Source: Calditrichaceae bacterium (GTDB lineage: Bacteria; Calditrichota; Calditrichia; Calditrichales; JBFXGD01). Taken from it: a stretch of DNA of 46,655 nucleotides. The stretch is taken from the NCBI GenBank assembly GCA_050178385.1, contig JBFXGD010000008.1, positions 1 to 46,655 on the forward strand, given 5' to 3'. The first letter of the stretch is position 1. Every line of letters starts with the position of its first letter. Made by a program: the position numbers and the translations under genes. Below, one piece after another: positions 10,266 through 19,100 of this stretch. The notes below the pieces were generated by a model. It had not been told where the DNA came from, searched no databases, and saw only the letters and a program-made list of their open reading frames with translations.

Positions 10266-10940
10266 ATGTGGGAAACCATAAAAATTAAAATAGACGAGCA
10301 GCGGTCTACCACCGGATTATTCACACCGGGATCGGAACATAAACCGGGAATTATTTTGGCGCATGGCGCCGGTGGTGATATGCGCGGTGAATTGCTTTCC
10401 GCGATTCATGAATATTTTGCCGGAAAGGGATATTCATTTCTTCGTTTTAATTTCCTGTATAAAGATCTGGGCAGGAAAGCGCCGGACCGGCAACCGGTTC
10501 TTATGGATACCTACCAAAAAGCGATTTCTTTTTTTATGGAATCGTCTCGCACCAATGGTAAATTAATCATTGGTGGAAAATCTATGGGGGGACGCATTGC
10601 ATCATATCTGAGTCCATCCATGAATATTTCGGGATTGCTTTTTTTAGGATATCCTCTTCATCCGGCCGGACATCCTGAAAAACTCAGGGATGAACACCTC
10701 TATGACCAAAATTTACCCATGCTGTTTATCCAGGGTACGAAAGACGCTCTCTGTAATTATGATCTTATGACCAATGTTTCGAAACGCATCGGACCGTCAG
10801 CCAAGTTGATTCCTGTTAAAGAAGGGAATCATTCCTTTTCCGTCCCTAAAAGAACAGGTCGTTCACAAGATGAAATTTTCAATTCGATCGTCGATAATGC
10901 GGATAGATGGATTCAGTCCAATTTTTATCAGACAATATAA
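10266..10940 (+). CDS. Alpha/beta hydrolase (KANL3/Tex30-like)
   Basis: LAHGAG, GGKSMGGR nucleophile elbow, GYPLHP, QGTKD, GNHSF. Confidence 0.85.
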   Translation: MWETIKIKIDEQRSTTGLFTPGSEHKPGIILAHGAGGDMRGELLSAIHEYFAGKGYSFLRFNFLYKDLGRKAPDRQPVLMDTYQKAISFFMESSRTNGKLIIGGKSMGGRIASYLSPSMNISGLLFLGYPLHPAGHPEKLRDEHLYDQNLPMLFIQGTKDALCNYDLMTNVSKRIGPSAKLIPVKEGNHSFSVPKRTGRSQDEIFNSIVDNADRWIQSNFYQTI

Positions 10941-11088
10941 TGTATGATTTGCGGTATATAAAAGACCGTCTTCAATAATTACTGCGTGATTCGTAACTCA
11001 AAATTTGGAAACATCATAGTTATTTTATAATTTTAGCGATTAATTGTGCAACAAAATTAATTATTAATAATAATATCAAGAAATATAT

Positions 11089-13053
11089 ATGTTACAGATT
11101 CAGAATCTGAGTTATTCAATCGGTGAACGGGACTTGCTTAAAGAGATATCCTGGATTATAAATCCCGGTTTACGCGTGGCCCTGATCGGACCAAACGGCG
11201 CGGGCAAAACGACACTTCTGCGAATTTTAAATGGTGAACTTGAGACATCGCGCGGAAACATTATTAAACCGAGAACCTATAAAATCGGCTATCTGCCTCA
11301 GGAGGAGATCTCTGTTGATACCGGTTCCATTCTAAGTCTGGTCCTCGAAGGCCATCAGGAAATCATCGACATCGAAGATGAAATGAACTCGATCCATTCA
11401 CGGCTTGAATTCGGCGGTGAAGATCAGACATCCATACTCGAAAGACTCGGAGATCTGGAATCCAGTTATTCAGTCCTGGGTGGGTATGAACTTGAATCTC
11501 TTGCAAAAAAAATATTAGTCGGTCTGGGATTTAAGCAGACCGATTTTCACCGGCCTGTTTCCGACTTCAGCGGCGGCTGGCGAATGCGTGGCTATCTCGC
11601 CCGTATCCTTATCCAGCAGCCTGATCTTTTACTTCTTGATGAGCCTACAAATCACCTTGATCTGGAATCGCTCGAGTGGCTTGAAATTTATCTAAGGAGC
11701 TTTCCCGGAAGCATGATTATTGTCTCGCACGACCGGTTTTTTCTTGACCGCCTGGCTCAGGAAATCGCTGAAGTGGAACGCGGAATACTGACGCATTATG
11801 CGGGTAATTACCGTTTCTATGAAAAAAAGAAGGCCTTAATTCATGAGCAGCTTCTGAAGAAATGGGAAGAGCAGAAAGATGAACGGGAACGGCTGCAAAA
11901 ATTCATAGACCGGTTCCGCTATAAAGCTACCAAGGCCGCTCAGGTCCAAAGCCGCGTAAAGAGGCTGGAAAAATTAGAAGAAATCGAAATTCCAAAAGAA
12001 ACCAAATCCATCCATTTTAAAATCAAAGCGGATGTGGTGAGTTACCGGGAAGTCCTGCAAATAAGTGATCTGGATTTCCGGTATGATACGGAATGGGTAC
12101 TTCGCAATCTGAATCTTAATATCATTCGAGGTGAAAAAGTAGCCCTTGTCGGTGTTAACGGCGCCGGTAAAACCACCTTGACCCGGCTGATCACCGAACA
12201 ATTAAAACCGATTTCCGGAACGCTCAATCTTGGTGAGCGCGTTCAGACCGGATATTATGCGCAGCACCAGGTGGATACTTTAAATCTGGATAACACTATT
12301 TACGATGAAGTGGCATCCGCTGCCGCGCGTTCGTTCCAGCCAAAATTAAGGGATATTTTGGGAGTATTTCAGTTCAGTGGCGGCGATATTGAAAAAAAGA
12401 TCGGTGTACTTTCCGGTGGTGAAAAAGCCAGAGTCTCCCTGGCCAAAATTTTACTGTCACCCAGTAATTTCCTGATCATGGATGAACCCACAAACCATCT
12501 CGATTTGAAATCAAAGGAAGCCCTTGAAGTAGCATTAACAGATTACGACGGAACATTGTTACTGATATCCCATGACCGTTATTTCCTGGACAAGCTTGTG
12601 AACCGCGTGATCGAACTTAGGGATGGTAAACTCACGGAATATTTAGGTAATTATTCTGAATATCTCTCTAGAAGAGAAGAAATATCTTACAATGCACCTG
12701 CGTCGGAAACAGTGAGGCCGGATGATTCCGGGAAACCTGCTGCAAAGAAATCAAAAGAACAGAAACGGATTGAAGCTGAAGCCAGACAGAATGTGAGTAA
12801 GGAACGAAACAGACTCAAGAAGGAAATATCCCGACTGGAAGAAAAGATAGACATATTAACAAAACGACAATCAGAACTTGAAATTCAGCTTGCTGACCCG
12901 TCTACCTATCAGAATGCCGATCTGGCCGCAACTCTTCAGGTTGAATATAACCGGATTTCGGATGAAATGCCCGGTTTGGAAATTAAATGGGAACAGGCTC
13001 AACTGGAATACGAGACACTCCTGACTTCGATGGAACAACTATTAAACCAATGA
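11089..13053 (+). CDS. ABC-F family ATPase (YheS/Uup-like) with C-terminal coiled coil
   Basis: Two NBDs (GPNGAGKT, GVNGAGKT; FSGGW, LSGGE; DEPTNHLD twice), no transmembrane segments. Confidence 0.92.
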   Translation: MLQIQNLSYSIGERDLLKEISWIINPGLRVALIGPNGAGKTTLLRILNGELETSRGNIIKPRTYKIGYLPQEEISVDTGSILSLVLEGHQEIIDIEDEMNSIHSRLEFGGEDQTSILERLGDLESSYSVLGGYELESLAKKILVGLGFKQTDFHRPVSDFSGGWRMRGYLARILIQQPDLLLLDEPTNHLDLESLEWLEIYLRSFPGSMIIVSHDRFFLDRLAQEIAEVERGILTHYAGNYRFYEKKKALIHEQLLKKWEEQKDERERLQKFIDRFRYKATKAAQVQSRVKRLEKLEEIEIPKETKSIHFKIKADVVSYREVLQISDLDFRYDTEWVLRNLNLNIIRGEKVALVGVNGAGKTTLTRLITEQLKPISGTLNLGERVQTGYYAQHQVDTLNLDNTIYDEVASAAARSFQPKLRDILGVFQFSGGDIEKKIGVLSGGEKARVSLAKILLSPSNFLIMDEPTNHLDLKSKEALEVALTDYDGTLLLISHDRYFLDKLVNRVIELRDGKLTEYLGNYSEYLSRREEISYNAPASETVRPDDSGKPAAKKSKEQKRIEAEARQNVSKERNRLKKEISRLEEKIDILTKRQSELEIQLADPSTYQNADLAATLQVEYNRISDEMPGLEIKWEQAQLEYETLLTSMEQLLNQ

Positions 13054-13173
13054 CATTAATAATTATCAGCCAATTAAATTCAATTTTGATATTCTGTAAC
13101 CCTGATATTATCCCAACCTTTTTTCATCAACTTTTCTGACTGTCATAATCACAGGTTTTCGCCGGTTTCTGTG

Positions 13174-16100
13174 CTAATGTGATTCGTATCCTTTTAATCC
13201 ACCCTTTGGAACAATTAGCTTAAAAACTTCACGGCAAATTTCAATCATTTCACCATCCACATTGATAAATTCCGAACCATTTTTTTTGAACAGCGCTATA
13301 TTTGATAGCTCGAAAACTCCTCTGATTTTCTCAAGATAGTATTTCCATTCAACGTCAGTAAACTCTTTGACCTTTCCATGCGTGTACTGAGCTTCCATTA
13401 ACCTGTTTTTGGGATCAAAAAAGACAAAATTCCCCCGGGAAGCGCCACCAAGCATTTTTGTCCCGAGATATGGTCTCTCATTCAGACACAATTGCCCCCT
13501 GCTGTTAAAGTGCATACCTCCAAAGAAAAAGTTGCCCCCCATTAGTGATTCACCGGCATATTTTGTGGCTGAACCCAGGATCAATACTTCAAGATCCTGA
13601 CACCGCGTATCGTTTACAGAATTTGTCCAGCAGCGATCAACCACATTCCCCATGATGAATACCTTTCCCCCTTTGGAAGCGTATCCGCATACCTTGCCTG
13701 CATTTCCATATACATATAGATTCCCGTGATGCATACCCATTGCGCAGAAGTTTTGAGCATTCCCATGAAGCCGGATCGTTCCGCCCTGCATAAATGCTCC
13801 GAAATACTCACCCGCGGATCCGTACACATCCATGATGACATCATCCGTGTCACCACTGCCCATTACAGCCGTCGAAATCAGTCTTTGCCCGGTTGCCCGG
13901 TGTATAAGATATTTCCTCCAGCCCATATCATAAGCTCTGTTCAAAAACGCCGCGAGTGAGAGCACCGGATCCGAGCCCTCGGGTAAGAAACGACCGGCGT
14001 CTATAACCATGACGTGGTTCTCACCGGGTGTGATATTGAACGATCCGGCCTCCTCACGGCTGACATGAACAAAATTTGTAAATTGCGGTTCATTAGACCG
14101 GTCAAGAAGCTGATCAATAAAATATTGTACCGTATCAATCAATGAACTTTGAGCCTTCTCACCCGGATTTAGTGTTCTGGTTGCATCCCGCAGCCAGGTC
14201 AGAATTTCAAGTTTTTTAAAAAATGATGAATTATCTTCTGTTTCGGCAACTAATTTATTCAGCAGCCAGCCCAGATCATTGAACGTGATTAACGATAGAT
14301 TTTTTCTAAAAAACGCCCTGAAATCATTTTCCCAACCTTCAAAGGTGGCGACATCAGGCGGTTCAACCAGTTTCGCGCGCCTGATGCTGTAATGTTTTCC
14401 GGTGGATTCGATGATGATTTCCTTGCCGTATCTGTCAAAAAATTCGAATCCTGTAATCTTGTTTTTATCATCAAAATGGTAGCGGCTGATCATGCCTGAA
14501 CTTACCAGTACTTTATCAGGCATAGCCCCGTCGATTAATCCATCTTTATCCAGTAATTCCATCATTTTCTTTAGCGCCTGCTCTTCAGATGCAATCATGC
14601 TAAAAACACGGTCTCCCTCTTTCCAGAACGCGCTGACATTGGGGCGAAGATCGGCAGGATCTTTTAAGTCGACCCGTTCCGTTACTTTATTTTGCGGATC
14701 ATGACGAAGACAAAGATACTGATAGGGCCCGTCCGGTGAACTGGCGAACTCCACCCGCTGAATCTGTTCCAGCTTTGGTTTCAAAGCAGGATCGATCAAT
14801 TTTAAGTCATCCCCTGTTGTTGGTGAAAAGCTTTCGAACATTGCCCAGTCAGGGTAAGCCCATTCATCACCGATCAGATGAAATTTCAGCGCGGCAACGT
14901 CCGTATCGGTCGAGGCGAGTGGCGACAGACCAAATTGTTCCACACGCTGCCGGAGCGCTTCATAATTTGTCGTTTCACCGTTATGGGTCAATGCGGTATG
15001 CAGTTTTGTAAAAGGATGAGCATTCATCTGCTCAACCACAGATCCGGTTGCAAGCCTCACATGTATGATATTATTGGGCGCGTCAGGAGTCTCCCACGGG
15101 ATCACCCGTCCCGCCGTTTTCCAGGTTGCAAAATTTTTCCCGCAGGACATGACCGCCGCGATTTTAAATTCCCTTGCCTGATACATATGCTTATTGCGTT
15201 CAAAAGAATATTCCGAGATAAAATCTCTGAGTAACGTCAGAAGATCAATACTCAATTTTTCGTACTCCGACTGATTTATATTTTTTATATCTAACGCCAT
15301 CTTGCGTGTTCCTGCAAACTCGATCAATTTGTCCGCGTCGACAATCGAAGTGTAAAGAATGCGTGACAAATTTATAGAATGATCAAACACGTACAGATCT
15401 TCAGCCTTTTGAAGAAAATCGGGCTGATCTTTGTAATTATCTCTTGTCACATTGGGAAACTGATGTATCAGGAAATGAGACCAGTCATATTTGAGCAGCG
15501 TATCTTCCACATATTTGTAAATAACATCCTTCTTTACCCGCGCGAAATATCTGAATATATCACCCGGATCGGTATTTTCATTACCAAACTCCCTGTAGTC
15601 AATCTCATCACCTTTTTCGTCCTGTTTATACCGGTCCCGCGTTTTTTGCACATTAGTTTCTCCAAAAAACTCAAAGTAAGGATCCAGAAAAACAGTTTTA
15701 ATTTTGTGCATTAATTCTTCCCTGAGATAAAGGGTAAGACTGCGCGCTTCTTTCCTAAGAAAAATTTCATCAAAAGAACGTCCTTCAGCCTTCCACTGAA
15801 GAGCTAAATTTGATTCAATTTCTTTTTGTAATACTCCTTTTACCATTATACTATAGCCGTATTCATTCTGATGCTCCGGGAAACACAGCGACTTTGCCAC
15901 TCCGACTCCGTCCATCCCGCGGTTGCGCATGGCGTTCAACGCGCTGTCAAGAATGTATCCCGGGACAGGCAATGATCCGTTGATCGCCGCGACACCGCAA
16001 TTGCTTTGTCCCGCGGCATGTTCTGTCTGCTCAACAAACAGCTTTTGATCCAATTCGATTTCATTTTGAATTTCTTTGTTAATCCGAAAGCGATGATCCA

Positions 16101-19100
16101 CCCGTTCCTTGAGTCCGATCCAGTGCAATTTATCAAACCGGCCCCGCAATTCACGGATATCTTTGAATCCAAGAGCGGCGATTCCCCTGATAACGTGCAT
16201 TTGCATCATAGTAAAAGCATTGATCATCTGGATGGTGTTTTTTTCTACATCCCGGAGTTTCTGCATGGTCAGGTTACTTGTGGCAATACCTCTTGAACAA
16301 CCGTCATGACAATTCCTGTTTCTGTCACAGCCGATTGCAACAAGCGGGGCCGTACCCCAAATAATACCATCCGCTCCCAGGGCAACTGACTTTATTACGT
16401 CTTCATAAGTACGGATACCGCCGGACACCATAAATTTTACATGGTTTCTCAATCCATCCTTGACAAGCCTGGAGTGAATAAGGGGTATCGCGTATTCAAT
16501 ATGCATTCCCATCTGTCCCTTGATGATATTCGGAGAGGCGCCCGTCCCCCCTCTAGGCCCGTCAAGCCATATTTCAATTTTCATCCCGAATTTACTGGCA
16601 TATTGTTTCATCTCATCTGTGTAGTCTTCGGGATTAATTTCACCAAACCTGGTTTTTATGATCTCATCCGTATTGTCTTTGGCGATCCTTCCCAGACCTG
16701 TCGCGATGAATTCAATGTCGATCGACGGTGAAACTTTCACCGAAATAACCGCCTCCGGGTTTATCATATGTACCACATCAACAAATGCTTTTACATCTTC
16801 TATCGAATAACAGTTGTGAAACGGGAAGGGTGATATGATACTTGAGTAGGAATAATTTATTACCGATTCACAAAGTCCGATAAGATTTTCAAAATCTATA
16901 TCATCCAATACCTTTTCTTTATGCAAACGGTACACCGCTTCCTGAATCTCAAAAAGTAATTCTTTCAAATTTTCGGTAACCGTCTTCAGTTCCTGTGCTT
17001 CATCGAGAATTTTCAATCCGGATTGGGCGATATTCCGGAGCGGGTGATTTTCCTTCTTAATTATCTTATTCAACTGCCCGAAAAGTCCTTCAATCTTTTC
17101 CACGTTGATTTTCTCAACGCCTTCAATCCCGCGCAGATAGGAAACAAGCTTGTTTACCTTCTTAGCCAAAATATGTCCGCCGATACCCATTTTTGCTCCC
17201 TGGCTGTAAGCGATGACCACTCTTCGGGCTTTCCGGATCGTTTCTTTAGTGACACCAAATAATCCTGTTTTCATCTCTGTCGAAACAAATGGCTCGTCAT
17301 CCTTATCAACAACAACCATAAAATGAAACGGCTTTAATGAAGGATAGTGTTTGATCTGTTCAAAGACAGTCGGACTGGAGTCTTCTGTTATACCTTTTGA
17401 GTGCAGGATTGATCTGATCTCATCAACCGTATATTGCTCTCCGCTCACAAACAGCGGGCGGATAAGCTGGATGACATTTTCTGAAAAGAAAATCGGCTCA
17501 CCCTTCGAATTAAGGAAGAAGCTTGTAGGATACCCCCCTTCACCGGTATCATACTGAATTCCAAGTTCCCGAGCAGCCGTGACATGGGCTCTCCATGTAT
17601 CAAGCCCGATCGAACCGACGGATTTTCCTCCAAACATCCAGGGAGCTTCCAATACAAGATCCTTATCCAAAGTCAAAGCCGTTCTGACTCCATCCAGCGC
17701 TGAATCCGGGATATCCATCGGATCTTTGTTATAGAGGATTTTCATGACATCAAAACCGTCACCCAACAAACCGGTCGGTTTAATATTCGTGAAATCCAGC
17801 ATAGAAAGATCACCCGCAGCCATTTTCCCCAGCGATTCTATAAGAGATCCGGGCCACACATAATCCCTTTTGTAAAGAGTTTGATTTGTATCTCCCAACC
17901 GGTAAAAATTGTGCGGTGAGCTAAGGGGTTTGATTTTCTGTTTCAGATCCATATATGTTCTGACGTATTTATTGTCAATGAATTCACCTGCTATAATATC
18001 CCCGTTTAATTTCTCATATACCGCAATCAGTGAATCATTCTCAAAAACATCTCGTTGAAGCCGGTTTTCGAGCTGATGGAAATCAATCAACCGTCCTTCT
18101 TCACCAACCGTTTTCTTGATATCTTTAAAACCGGATGCCCCTAATACTTCAAGGATCTGTACTTTTCTTGACTCAGCCTGATTATTCAATCTTTTAACCG
18201 CCTCATCAATATCAAGACTGAGCAGCTTTTCAGTGGTGGTCTTTTCTTCAACTATGGCTTTATAAGAAGTCGGATCAAGCGCGAGCAAAGCGGCGAAATC
18301 TATCATCGTACCTTCAGCTCCGCGCTGAATTGTTTTTTGAGAGTCAGATGCGAGACGAATCCCACCGGATGCGATGATACTTAATTCATGTCTGCGGCCG
18401 ATCCGCATCAGATAATGATGAAGCGCCCTTACGGCACCGGACGTAACAAAATATTCATCCTTATTCCGCATTCCGTGAATATGCAGAATATCAATTCCCT
18501 GATCCAGCAGATGGTTCACCTTCTCTTTGACTTTTCCCACCGGGCTCAGCGATCCTATCAGGTCATACTCGGAAATCTCAACATACCCGCTTATCAACGG
18601 CGCTTGTTTATTACCCGCTTTAACCGATTCCCGTATATAACTGAGCGTCCTTTCAATATTTGGATGATATTCGACTTCGAAAACAGGCATCTGCCATAAA
18701 TCCGTCAAAAACTCCCGGTTTGTACGAGGATTGACAATCAGCCGATGGATTAGTTCATGATCGACCCGCGGCATAATAACCTGCGGCAGATGTTCATATT
18801 CTCCCTCTTTGATGATAAAATTATAATTTTCCAGAAGTCTTTCGAGTTCGATCGCCACCAGTGTTTTCTGCTTTTCCGAAACTTTGATCAGAGCCAGTTC
18901 GACCCGGCCGTTACTTTCCAGACTGACCGTGTTATACAGAATAGGACTCATGAGTTTAATCGTTGGATAAGGTTCATTAAGCAGGTTACCCTGTTCGTCA
19001 AATCTGCAGTAACTGTCTCTCTTTCCCAGAATTATCGAAAGCTCCTCATCCGGATCCCCCTCATGCAATCTGTTTTGCGCGGGGCCTACGATATGAAAAT

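Noticed and set aside
16845..17125. Insert in the FMN barrel as an intein
   Set aside because: No Cys/Ser start, His-Asn end or LAGLIDADG motif; it looks like an ordinary helical insertion
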